From the NCBI RefSeq assembly GCF_006345805.1, contig NW_021829894.1, positions 1-36,496 on the forward strand: a stretch of DNA of 36,496 nt, given 5' to 3'. This document shows, piece after piece, positions 9,916 to 21,824 of this stretch. Position numbers and translations under genes: made by a program. Positions within the stretch are counted from its first letter, which is position 1. Each line of letters begins with the position of its first letter. The DNA is from Octopus sinensis. Taxonomy: Eukaryota. The notes under the pieces were generated by a model. The model ran no database searches. It saw only the letters and a program-made list of their open reading frames with translations, and was not told where the DNA came from.

Positions 9916-12900
9916 ATGATCAAGATTGGTTGTGTAAATACGCGTGGCTTGGGGTCCCCTTGGAAACAAGGGTACCTCTTAAATGACATAAAGTCACACA
10001 AGTTAGAAATCATAGCCATAAGTGAGACCAGACTCCACAATCCGCGGGCCCTAAAGACTATGTTTGGCGGACTGTTCAACATTTATTTCCCCCCCTGTCT
10101 ACCAAGAATGGGCGGTAGTGGCACCGCGGTACTTTTTCGCAAGAGTCTGGATCTCAAAGTAAAGACAATACTCGTAGACCCGGAGGGTAGACTGGTCGTC
10201 CTGGATATCGACGGCAGCAATGGGTGCGCTTTTCGACTCGTATCAGTCTACGCACCGCCCTTAACAGGTCGGGCGGATTTCTTTCAACGTCTAGAAGTAT
10301 TCTTTGGAACGTCTCGTCCTTTACTCTTAGTGGGGGATTGGAATGCTACCTTGGACACGCATGTAGACTACGTGGGCAGAGATAGGAATAGACGGGGGTG
10401 CAATTGCCTCAGAGACCTGCTCATACGCTTTCAACTGTCTGACAGGTTCCGACTAGACCACCCGAATGCGCCAACGTGGAGATGGAGCAACCGCATCGGG
10501 TCGTCGAGGTCGTATCTACATAGGATAGTGTGTAGGACAGTAGATAGGGATAGCATAGGATGTCCACAATTCCACATAGTCAGCTACACGGATCACAAAC
10601 TTGTGACATGTACGCTAGACTTAAGTAAGACACTTAGGCAGGGTCCCGGATACTGGAAACTAAACGCGTCTTTCCCATCGAGACAGGTTTTCAGAGACCG
10701 GATTAGCACACTAGTAAAGAGGGCTTTGACGGGAGCCATTATCAACAACAAATGGTGGTTTGCCCTCAAGAGAGCAGTAAAAGCAGGAGCGATTAGGTAC
10801 AGCAAAGCACTAGCCATAGATAGAAATAGAGTAGAGGGTGAGCTAGTTAAGAAGCTAGAAGAGACAATTAGAAGCGGCATCGCATCAAACGTTTTGGCGG
10901 CGAGATTGGCCCTCAACCAACGCTTCAACGCTAAACACGAAGGGTGTGCTGTCAGCGCTAGGATGCGTGCTTTAAGGAACGAAGGTGTTGGAGCCGCGAG
11001 AGAGACCCGGGTGGCAGAGGCGCAACAGGGCAACAAAGCCACCATTCGGTCTCTGGTAGATGAACAGGGGCGCGAATTGCTCGAGCCAAGTAAAATGTGT
11101 GAGGCCTTTCAATAGCATTTTGCCCGACTGTTCGGAACGAGTGGTGGGCAAGAACGTAGGGTGGACTTCAGTGCCTACCTACACAGCCTACCACGACTCT
11201 CGACAAGAGAGGCAGGGCGCTGCGAAGGTGCCATCACGGCTGCGGAAGTGCAGGACGCGATGGCAGAATGCTCGAGGGACAAATCGCCGGGTTTGGATGG
11301 TCTACCCTACGAGCTTTACAGTTGTATGCCAGACTTGTTTGGAGACGTCTTGGCAGCAGTGTACTGCAACTGGCAGCAAAACGGGAGCATTCCTGGTTTT
11401 GTGAGCCGAGGAGCCGTAACACTGCTGAAGAAAGATCTAAACAAGGGAAATGTGATAGATAACTTTAGGCCCATCAATCTGCTTAATGCAGACTTGAAAA
11501 TTTTGGCCAAGGTGTTAGCCAAGAGGTTGGCGCTTGTCATCGAGAAACTGGTCGACAAGGCGCAAACGTGCGCCGTGCCGGGACAGACCATCCATGACAA
11601 CCTCCACCTGATGCGCTACATCATAGACAGGGTAGTTAACGAACCTGGCATGGGTGGGGCGCTGATCAATTTGGATCAATCGAAAGCTTTCGATAGGGAA
11701 GACCATCGATACTTGGAGGCGGTCCTCAGAGCGACTGGCTTCGGTCCCGTCTTCCGCGGCTGGATAGCCGCTTTGTACAGAGGCATCCGTTCGGTAATTC
11801 GCGTAAATGGACATCTATCAAAACCTTTCGATATTGCACGTTCGGTCCGTCAGGGATGCCCCCTCTCGTCGCTTCTATACGTATTGACTCTCGAGCCATT
11901 ATTGCGGAAGCTGGCAACTCTGAGGGGCATCCCGCGAGAACTGGGATGCGGGACGAGCGTGTCTGCATACGCGGACGACGTCAACGTCATAGTGTCTAGC
12001 CACGAGCACATCGATCAGGTCGGCAAGACACTGAAAAACTACGAAGCGGTGACAGGAGCGAAAATCAACCGGGAAAAATCAGTGGGCTTGCGACTAGGCA
12101 CCTAGAGAAGCAAGCCCATGCCGTCCACCAGCGCCTCCGTTGTGGGACGCTGGACCGACAGTCCGGTCGAGTTGCTTGGGGTCTGGTTCGGTCCGGACCT
12201 CCAAATGGAGAAGAACTGGAACGAGATAACGAGTAGGGTAGTCACTCTCGCCCGGCAATGGGCCGAGAGGAAACTGTCCCTAAAAGATCGGGCGGAGGTG
12301 GCGAACACGTACATCGCGTCCGTCATCTACTACCGCCTGACCGTTTTGCCTTGTCCCGACCCTACCATCACCACACTAGAACGCATTCTCTTTCGCTTCT
12401 TGTGGAAAGGATGCATCCCGATGTTCAGGCGATCCATTTGCTGTCAACACCCGTTAAAAGGAGGACTGGGCATGCCGTGGTTGATGATGCGTAGACATGC
12501 GCTGAGACTGCGACATCTCAGGCTCTACGTAGACGACGGGGAACAGGTGTGGTCGCCGTTTGTGAGGCACGCTTTCCCGCAGCTCGTCTCCATGACTGAA
12601 CTGCACTCGTGAATCAAAAAGAGGCCGAGGAAGGGCGATTGGCACCGCGAGTGTCGCGTTGCTCTCAATCAACTCTGCCGTCCCGGGTCGACCTTGAGTG
12701 ACTCCATCACAACCAAAGCATTCTATAGGGGATTAGTGGAGGGGAGGTACGACGACGAGCTCGGGGCGAACCTGGACGTCGACGAGGAATACTTGACCCG
12801 CCTGTTCGGGACGACTTTCGAGCCAGGGCCCATGGACAATCTCCAGAGATCCCTGGCCTGGCAGTGCTACCGAGAAGCACTACCCGTTCGGGATAAGCTC

Positions 12901-13350
12901 TACAGACACGGCTCGGGAAACACGGGGCCGACCTGCCCGAGATGCGGTCAGAGCGACGAAACCGTTCTGCACGCACTCGTGCAGTGTCCAACAATTTCCG
13001 ACCTGTGGGCTTATGTCGAACAACTGCTGTCACGTGTAGGACGAGTCGGTTTATCAGCTGAGTCCATCAATATTGTCACGCCTCCTTCCTTCAAACGGGA
13101 AGGAAGAGCTATTTTCATCATCCTTGTGGCTATGGCGAAAGAAAGTATCTGGTGGACGCGTCTGAAAGGATTGGAGACAAACACTTTCCTCTCTGGTCAA
13201 TCTCTCATCAACTTCTTCAAGTACCACTTGAAAAGGAAAGTGAGAGTAGAGAGGCAAGTTTTGTCTAGCGAATGTTTTAAAAAAAGATGGGTGAATGTAG
13301 CAAGGATGGCACGTATGAATGACGAAGCCACCTTGACCATAATCCTATGA
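9916..13350 (+). pseudogene. LINE ORF2: AP endonuclease + reverse transcriptase + C-terminal zinc knuckle; three in-frame stops
   Basis: Track ORFs starting at 9916, 11161, 12118 and 12694 are all in one frame. Motifs: GCVNTRGL, ISETR, GDWNA, TDHK (APE); KSPGLDGLP, FRPINLLNADLKI, LDQSKAFD, VRQGCPLS, YADD (RT); CPRC...H...C. Stops at 11113, 12103 and 12610. Confidence 0.93.
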
Positions 13351-13786
13351 ACCCTGAAATTGAAAACAGAGGGTTACCCACTTGCAAACAAATGTGGTAA
13401 CATATAACAATATTGACCGAGGTTACCGTGGTCTTTTTCGTAGGTTTTTCTTCCCACGGATAAACTTTATCTGCTTCCCCCTTTACACCGTACATCATGA
13501 CACTGTGATACACGATCCCTATGGATCGTTTTTTCCTCTTCCCCTTTTTTCCTCTTTTTTCTTTTTTCTTTTCTTTTCTTTCATTTCCTTTTTTTCTTTT
13601 TTTCCCTTTTACGATCCCTTTTGATCGAAAACCTACACCACTTTTTTTTTCATACCCAAAAGAAAAGCTCAACCTTGTAATTTGTCCCATCTGAGTGCAG
13701 CCCTGTATGGCCAATAAAGAAACTTATCTACCTTTATATCTATCTATCTATTTATCTATCTATCAATTTATCTATCTATCTGTCTG

Positions 13787-13860
<74 letters not shown>

Positions 13861-14283
13861 ACACAGCCTACCACGACTCTCGACAAGAGAGGCAGGGCGC
13901 TGCGAAGGTGCCATCGCGGCGGCGGAAGTGCTGGACGCGATGGTAGAATGCTCGAGAGACAAATCGCCGGGTTTGGATGGTCTACCCTACGAGCTTTACA
14001 GTTGTATGCCAGACTTGTTTGGAGACGTCTTGGCAGCGGTGTACTGCAACTGGCAGCAAAACGGGAGCATTCCTGGTTTTGTGAGCCGAGGAGCCGTAAC
14101 ACTGCTGAAGAAAGATCTAAACATAATCCTATGAACCCAGAAATTGAAAACAGAGGGTTACCCACTTGCAAACAAATGTGGTAACATATAACAATATTGA
14201 CCGAGGTTACCGTGGTCTTTTTCGTAGGCTTTTCTTCCCACGGATAAACCTTATCTGCTTCCCCCTTTACACCGTACATCATG
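13861..14283 (+). mobile_element. Internally deleted copy of the same Tx1-like LINE
   Basis: 13861-14122 matches 11181-11442 (6 substitutions by eye), joined through a 2-nt CA microhomology to a copy of ~13339-13498; begins directly after (TATC)n. Confidence 0.9.
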
Positions 14284-14690
14284 TGTCTCAATACATTATT
14301 GACTTTATTCGTCTCTTGATTTAATCTCCATTGGTTAGCCTTCTTAAAGTCGCACGTAAATTCTGCGCCTTCTGTATTTAAAAGGCGCAAAATCATGTTT
14401 ATTATTGATTGGTCTTCATTGTTCGAGTAGTCACTGATCTCAATTCTTTCACAATTCTTGGTAGTATATTCTTGCGAACAATTGTCCATACCACTTCCGT
14501 TTCTCGTATGCCCAACATCACCCGATATCTTTCTTTTAATTGCTTCCAGCTCCATTTCTGTTAACCATCCAGTCATTCGTATTGCTCTTGCTTGGTCACA
14601 TAATCTCTGCTCAATAATCTCAAACAGATCTAATGCCTTCCATTTTCTGTGCATTCGTTTTCTGTATCCTCTGACATGCACGCCATTTGC
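14281..14690 (-). mobile_element. R4/Dong LINE N-terminal fragment
   Basis: GYRKRMHRKW...EQRLCDQARAIRMTGWLTEMELEAIK, the same N-terminal domain as at 27200-27420 and 18680-18910. Confidence 0.75.
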
Positions 14691-14721
14691 CTCCGCTGTG
14701 ATGCTTATTATTTTCATAATC

Positions 14722-15158
14722 ATCTTCTTTCAATTCTGTTTCCGTTTCTTGTCGAGTGTCTTCCTGGAACCTAGGGCAGAGAAACGCACTGAATACATTG
14801 GTAGGCCATTGAGATAAGCACACCAGATTGCTCATTTACAAAGTCATGTGATAAAGAAAAAGGGGAAGAAAACAGAGAGAAAAAGGAAAACATAAAAATA
14901 TATAAAAGAAACAAATAAAATAAAGGGAAAAAGGGGAAGAAAATCCACAGCAACACTGCTCTTGCCAATATGGATGGTAAGGCAGCGATCATTCTTAAAT
15001 AATTTTCAGTTCCTGTTTTGATCATTCCAAATGCTCCTACAATCATTAGTATTGTAACTATTTTGGGATGCCACATCTTTTCGATTTCTTTTAACAAATC
15101 TTTATATTTTCTGAGCTAATCAAATGCTTTTGCCGAAATATTATGGTCACAGGGTGTA
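14722..15158 (-). mobile_element. R4/Dong LINE 3' end (family A)
   Basis: Minus strand PCDHNISAK.FD.LRKYKDLLKEIEKMWH...IVGAFGMIK, and a 3' UTR (ggcctaccaatgta...gccctagg...ggaagacactcg) matching 30425-30510. Confidence 0.85.
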
Positions 15159-15320
15159 GCAATATTGTTTTCTTCATTGCTATCTTCACTGTTTGAGAGA
15201 AATATTAAGAATGATCTCGTTTGAGATTACAAAGATCTTTGGCTAGTTTAACATTGTTGTGTCCACTATTTTGATTGGTTGGCATCTAAGCGCGATCTGT
15301 CTCTCTACTTATTTCGCGCC

Positions 15321-15420
15321 ACTGGCCAAAGCCAACCAATCACGGCCTTTGGTTAAGGTCCCATTTCCTAGGCTCTGTTGAGCCACCTTACTTGTATATA
15401 AGGGAGTGTTTTCAGTATAC
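15321..15420 (+). promoter_or_regulatory. Candidate Pol II promoter (E2F-like, CCAAT, TATA)
   Basis: TTTCGCGCC ~15322-15330, ACCAATCA ~15345-15352, TATATAAGGG 15395-15404, in canonical order; could instead belong to an element's terminal repeat. Confidence 0.35.
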
Positions 15421-15580
15421 TTGCGTCTTTGGTTTCTAGCCCTTATGAGGACTAAACCTCTGACCACAGAGCTACTCAACATGTTCCAGTCACAGCGGAA
15501 GACGATCAGCCACGACGACGCTAATGTACACTCACCACAGAAAGCCTTCTATCTCCGCCGCCGTCGTCACCATCATTGTA

Positions 15581-15933
15581 CCAACATCGTCTCCATCTAC
15601 GAAGATTCAACTTGTACACGACAAGATAAATACAGATTCAACTCATGCTGTTAGTGTGAAAATCTCACCACGGAAAAACAGTTGCAGTATATATATCTGA
15701 AAGAATATCTACATCAAGAGAAAAATAACCAAGCAAAACATGATATGAAGACGCTATAGTAAACCAAGCGACAGACATAATGTCATCGCCAACATCGTCT
15801 CTATCTACGAAGATTTAACTTGTACACAAGATAACTACAGATTCAACTCATGCTGTTAGGTGAAAATCTCACCACGGAAAAACAGTTGCAGTATCTGAAA
15901 GAATATCTGAAAGAATATCTATATCAAGAGAAA
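15581..15933. repeat. ~145-bp direct duplication (15581-15723 and 15789-15933)
   Basis: ccaacatcgtct...gattcaactcatgctgttag...aatctcaccacggaaaaacagttgcagtat...aagaatatct..atcaagagaaa occurs twice. Confidence 0.85.
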
Positions 15934-16397
15934 GATAAGCACAACAAGTGATTCAACTAATCTCAGCTCCGAGACACAACATCTTGATATTGAACGCTTA
16001 CACTTCGTGTACCTCATGAACAGTAAATCAATTTCCATCATTAACTCTATGCTCTGTACCTACTATGTCACACGCTTTCACCCTTATTGTATCTGTCACA
16101 CACACGAACATACAGACACAAACACGTGCTGCATGCGCAAAAACGTGTTAACGCTTACGAACTCTTAACATTGACACGGTTGTAAAATAAATAATATTTA
16201 TCTCTCCACAGCAAGACTTGTCGTTGATTCACTTATATTCTGTTGGCACTGCATTGTATTTATGGCTTATAATAATTCGTTAAGAATATGACCACGTGCG
16301 ATCGTATTCCCTACACAATGCGACCACGTGCGTTATTATTTCTTACACAGTGTATACTCATAATTCTAGTCACAGAGTATGCTTATAATATTTCGGC

Positions 16398-16419
16398 ATT
16401 ATTATTATTATTATTATTA

Positions 16420-16470
<51 letters not shown>

Positions 16471-16563
16471 TTTTTGTCTATTTCTAGAATGATTCTACCC
16501 AGGAAATACAATCAGTGAATACAGAAGTTGAGACAATAGTCTCAAACACAAGTAAGGAAAACA

Positions 16564-16596
<33 letters not shown>

Positions 16597-16657
16597 CATA
16601 ATAATAATAATAATAATAATAATGATGATGATGATGATGATAATAATATAATAATAA

Positions 16658-16722
<65 letters not shown>

Positions 16723-16792
16723 TGATAATAATAAAAATAATAATAATGATGATGATGATAATAATAATAATAGTAGTAGTAGTAGTAGTAAT
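16398..16792. repeat. (ATT)n, (AAT)n/(GAT)n and (TAG)n microsatellites
   Basis: Directly visible. Confidence 0.95.
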
Positions 16793-17578
16793 ACAACTTT
16801 GAGATGTTTATAAATTTCTATATCTTAGCTATGCTAGTTCCAACATATCGATGCTACTCTCAAAAATTTCATAAATTCCTCTATTTTAGCTATGCTAGGT
16901 CCTTCCAAAAAATCTAGATTTCTATACATAAATTCGTGTCCACGCTGGAACTTTGGCGAGCTTACCTACCTGCTTCCTCTTCACCCCCCTCTCTCTCTCT
17001 CTACCCTCCCACATCTTCCAATTGATTCTCAGGGAAGTCACACAATAGGATAGCCATTTAACAGCTCTCTCCCAAAATGTGTAAGCCTTTCCATAACTTT
17101 TCCATAAGTTTGCTAAAACTTTGAGATGTTTAGAGATGTTTTTTTTACATCTTAACTACAATGTGATTTTCTATTGATAGATTCCTTTATCATAAATACG
17201 ATGTGATGTGTTATACTATGTTTTTTTTCCTTTTTTTAACTTTAAGATGTTTATAAATTTCTATATCTTAGCTATGCTAGTTCTAACTTGTCGACGCTAC
17301 TTTAAAAAAAACCCCGCTCCTGCCCCCAATTCACCGCCAGGCATGTCAAGTAGCAGTCCAATCAAACAGCCTGTATTAGTAGACACAACAAACCCGCTTC
17401 TCTATTGAACGCCGCAGCATCAGCTGTAGCTAAACCAACAGCCATAAATCTGCCATTATTTGGCTAACGAAATCAGGGGAAACAATATTAAGACATCTCG
17501 GCCTTCTAGTAATAGCATATGTGTAGTAATAATTATGAAACTACAGTAGTGAACAAGAAAATAAGATAGGGTAGGAAC

Positions 17579-17696
17579 TATAGTAGTAGTAGTAGTAGTA
17601 GTAGTAGTATAGTAGTAGTAGTAGTAGCAGCAGCAGCAGCAGCAGTAGCAGTAGTAGTAGTAGTAGTAGCAGCAGCAGTAGTATAGTAGTAGTAGT

Positions 17697-17728
<32 letters not shown>

Positions 17729-17738
17729 TAGTAGTAGT

Positions 17739-17794
<56 letters not shown>

Positions 17795-17837
17795 CAGCAG
17801 CAGCAGTAGTAGTAGTAGTAGTAGTAGAAGCAGCAGC

Positions 17838-17872
<35 letters not shown>

Positions 17873-17873
17873 A

Positions 17874-17946
<73 letters not shown>
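17579..17946. repeat. Interleaved (TAG)n/(CAG)n compound microsatellite
   Basis: Directly visible. Confidence 0.95.
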
Positions 17947-17948
<2 letters not shown>

Positions 17949-17994
17949 AAATTGTAATAGTGAACAAGTAATTACCCAGATTGATAATTACCCA

Positions 17995-18915
17995 AAATGA
18001 TTAATAAGTGGCGACTAAACCGGCAACCCCACTGGGTTTGCTTGGTTATGAGGATGCATTTTCGACATCCTGCGGGGATTAAAAACAAAACTCGACAAAG
18101 GGCAGAGGAACTCAGAAGAGCCCATGGCCATTCTGAAAACTCGGAGACAGAACTCGTTAGCCTTGGTTGGCAGTCTGTCTGGGAGAAGGAAAACTCTGAT
18201 TTAAAATTGGAGTCGATAGGACTCCTTAGGCACAGTGGTGACAATATGTCAGCGTCCAACGGCTCCATGCCTGGGATGAAGACGAACGAACCGCGAATCG
18301 GGACTTAACACCGGAGCAATATCCGGATGATATGGGACCAACTGACGCTCACCTGTTATTTAGTGAGAATCAGGGTCATGGTTTTCAACACAGAAATTCG
18401 AAGGAAACAGGCCCAACTTATGGGTAGTAAGAGCTCTGCAGTCTTGGTCGACAATCTTACTAGAGATGATGTCTCGATAAAAATACCGGTTGGTGGCAAA
18501 CCCTAAAAAACATACATCAATGTTGAGTGAAAATGTCAAATACAAATGTATCAGATAATGGTGTTAATGAGGATGGAACCAAAGGTGAAAACCTTTCGTC
18601 CAGATGGTGCCCTTTGGTTGAGCAGTGCAGGCCCGGTCGTCAGCAAGAGATTGCTTATAAACAAAGCCAGAGGGAGAGAAGAATGTGGAATAAGGAGGCA
18701 AACCGAACGGTAATTGAATGCTGGATCAGCAGTGAATCCAACAGCAAACTAAATAAACGTGGAACAGGTGGAAAAGAATAATTGATTCCGACAACGAATG
18801 AAAGTAAAATGGAATGAGATAGGACACTTCGAAATAAGTGAGCAACGGTTAGCCGACTAGGTAAGAGCAATAAGAGCAAAAGAGTGGCTAACAGACATCG
18901 AAATAGAAATGATCC
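17995..18915 (+). mobile_element. Decayed 5' portion of an R4/Dong (or RTE-like) LINE: leader plus N-terminal domain
   Basis: RRMWNKEANRTVIECW...EISEQRLAD*VRAIRAKEWLTDIEIEMI at ~18680-18910; upstream ggagaaggaaaactctgat is recognised as a LINE-leader motif; may be two fragments. Confidence 0.6.
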
Positions 18916-19321
18916 CCGGTTTCGTTCAAGGGTAATGTTGTGATTTCGGCACCTTATACGCCATGGAAATTGAGTAAGTGGTCCCATGAGTCATAGGACT
19001 TGAAACAGTAATATTCAGGGATTGATGATGATGATGACAAAATGAATGGTAAAGTTGAATTCGGTGACATATGAACTCAGACCGACGGATAAGTCGCTAG
19101 AAATGCCGTTAAGCATTTTGTGTGAAGCTCAAACGATTCTGTCAAAGACATTCCTTATACTTAAGCCAAATCAATTATTTCTTTTCCACCTGTTCCACAT
19201 TTATTTAGTTTGCTGTTGTCTGAAAGTGTGACAAATCGCAACACCGTATTGTTTGCTTAATTAACTGAAACATAACACTCACTCACCACCCCCGACTACA
19301 TTCAATATTTAATTAATATCA

Positions 19322-20168
19322 TGGCGGCGAGCTGGCAGAAACATTAGCACGCCGGGCGAAATGCGTAGCCGTATTTCATCTGCCGTTACGTTCTGGGTAG
19401 TAAAGAAATAGGTCTTTCGTCTGCCGCTACTACGTTCTGAGTTCAAATTCCGCCGAGGTCGACTTTGCCTTTCATCCTTTCGGGGTCGATTAAATAAGTA
19501 CCAGTTACACACTGGGGTCGATATAATCGACTTAATCCGTCTGTCTGTCCTTGTTTGTCCTCTCTGTATGTAGCCCCTTGAGAGCAGTAAAGAAATAGGT
19601 ATTTCATCTGCCGCTACGTTCTGAGTTCAAATTCCGCCGAGGTCAACTTTGCCTTTCATCTTTTCGGGGTCGATTAAGTAAGTACCAGTTACGCACTGGG
19701 GTCGATATAATCAACTTAATCCCTTTGTCTCCTTGTTTGTCCTCTTTGTGTTTAGCCACTTGTGGGTAGTAAAGGAATAGCTATTTCGTCTGCCGCTACG
19801 TTCTGAGTTCAAATTCCGTCGAGGTCGACTTTGCCTTTTATCCTTTCGGGGTCGAGAAATTAAGTACCAGTTTCGCACTGGGGTCGGTGTATCGACTTAA
19901 CCCGTTTGTCTATCCTTGTTTGTCCTCTCTATGTTTAGCTCCTTGTGGGTAGTAAAGAAATAAGAAACGTTAGCACGCCGGGCAAAAATAATACTTAGCG
20001 GGATTTCATCTGTCTATACGTTCCGTGTTCAAATTCCACCAAGGTCGACTTTGCCTTTCATCCTTTCGGGATCGATAAATTAAGTACCAGTTGCATACTG
20101 GGGTCGATCTAACCGACTGGAATCCTCCCCATAAATTTCGGGCATTGTTCCTAGAGTAGAAAAGAATG
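19322..20168 (+). mobile_element. tRNA-derived SINE (family 2) expanded as a tandem array of ~183-bp units, with a 14-bp TSD
   Basis: Head ggcggcgagctggcagaaac; units start at ~19401, 19588, 19770 and 19953; tail ...cctagagtagaaaagaat; TTTAATTAATATCA at 19308-19321 and 20169-20182. Confidence 0.85.
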
Positions 20169-20714
20169 TTTAATTAATATCAGTTCGGGTGGGGGCAGCC
20201 TTGCACTGTTTTGAAGAAAGTGGAAGTCAATTAAAAAGAACCCAGTGTTCCACTGGTACATTTTTTATCGAGCTCAAACGGAAAAACTGACATCGGCAGG
20301 AGTGGAACTCGGAACATCAACGGAAAGAAATGCCGGAAAGCATTTTCTGCAATGATCTAACGATTCTGGTAAAGATATTCTTTGTACCAATTAAAACCAA
20401 ATCAAATATTTCTTTTTCACATGTTCTGCGTTTATTGAATTTTCTGTTGTTGTCTTAGTGTGATAAATCGCCACACCACAGCGTTTATTTAATATGACCA
20501 AACATTACGCCCACTCCTCTCCCCCGCTGCATTCTGCATTTAATTAATTTTAATCAGTTTAAATTCAGTGGGTGTCTTAACTGTCTTTTCAAAGCAGAAT
20601 TAATTAATTTTTCTCATCATTAAGGGTGCATCATTAGAGTTGATTAAAATATCTTGGCGCACGCAATCAAGTACGTGAGCATTCACATTCATGTTAAATC
20701 ATTCCAATTCTTTC

Positions 20715-21026
20715 TAATTTTGGCACAAGGCCAGCAATTTGGGGGGAAGTGGGGGGAACTGATGCGTATTTTATCAACCTTGGGAGGATAAAAGGCAAAG
20801 TCAACCTCGGCGAAATTTGAACTAGAGACATAAAACCGGAAGAAGTACCCCTAAACATATATAGGCACAGGAGTGGCTGTGTGGTAAGTACCTTGCTTAT
20901 CAACCACATGATTCCGGGTTCAGTCCCACTGCGTGGCACCTTGGGCAAGTGTCTTCTACTATAGCCTCGGGCCGACCAAAGCCTTGTGAGTGGATTTGGT
21001 AGGCGGAAACTGAGAGGTCCGTCGTA

Positions 21027-21071
<45 letters not shown>

Positions 21072-21375
21072 TATAATATATATATATATGTGTGTGTGTG
21101 TGTGTATATATATATGTGGTGTGTGTGTGTGTGGTGTGTGTGTGTGTGTGTTTGTGTGTCAGAGTTTGTCCCCCCAGCATTGCTTGACAACCGATGCTGG
21201 TGTGTTTACGTCTCTGTAACTTAGCGGTTCTGCATAAGGGACCGATAAAATAAGTACTAGGCTTACAAAGAATAAGTCCTGGGGTCGATTTGCTCGACTG
21301 AAGGTGGTGCTCCAGAATGGCCGCAGTCAAATGACTGAAACAAGTAAAAGGGTAAAAGAGTGTCCTCGGTGCCTT
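20715..21375. mobile_element. Family 1 SINE (+, 20864-21360) nested in a decayed family 2 SINE (-)
   Basis: Full family 1 SINE as at 8301; the minus-strand family 2 remnant at 20715-20860 resumes at 21361 (tgtcc..cggtg). Confidence 0.75.
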
Positions 21376-21776
21376 TTCTTTCCTATTAATTGCTCATGCA
21401 GAAGGCGCTTGTGAGTATTTTTTTAAACCTTGAAGATGCATATCCTAAAGTTGCAAGCTACCAGTTTATACTGCGACCTTCAGTAACGGCACTTGACGTT
21501 CCGATTTCAAACGCCCCGGGGCCAGTTTTCCCACTCAACCTTCCGTTGTCACAAGAATAATGTTTCAGTAAATAAGTAGAATTATTGATTGGACCGTTGT
21601 CCCTATAAGGAAGTATTGCCTTGCGGTATTTCTTGCAGTTCTTTCCGTTCAAACTCTGCCTCGGTCAACTTTGCCTTTCATCTTTTCAGGGACGCCAAAA
21701 GTATCGGCTGGTATCAACTAAATCCCCACCCCCACAAAACTGCTAACCCTGTATCTATAGTAGCAAGGATCGTCAT

Positions 21777-21824
<48 letters not shown>

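Larger units (their letters stand above)
9668..13722 (+). mobile_element. 5'-truncated L1/Tx1-clade non-LTR retrotransposon, flanked by (TATC)n on both sides
   Basis: ORF1 remnant, APE-RT-CCHC ORF2, pyrimidine-rich 3' UTR, AATAAA at 13713-13718; (TATC)n at 9541-9667 and 13724-13860. Confidence 0.9.

Noticed and set aside
10593-13714. Antisense and alternative-frame ORFs over the Tx1 element
   Set aside because: Shadows of the GC-richer ORF2; no independent motifs
17300-17520. Coding exon in GC-richer unique sequence
   Set aside because: All frames after the candidate acceptor hit stops before a donor; no recognisable motif
17579-17946. Poly-Ser exon (AGT/AGC are synonymous)
   Set aside because: Frame is broken by AT interruptions near 17609, 17682 and 17910; no splice sites
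17995-18240. HDV-like ribozyme in the LINE leader
   Set aside because: Expected for R4/RTE leaders, but I could not build P1/P1.1/P2/P3 by hand; needs a descriptor search
21589-21631. Exon ending in Cys-Gly (RCPYKEVLPCG|gtattt) as the missing protease exon
   Set aside because: gcggtattt is part of a decayed family 2 SINE; weak donor and no acceptor
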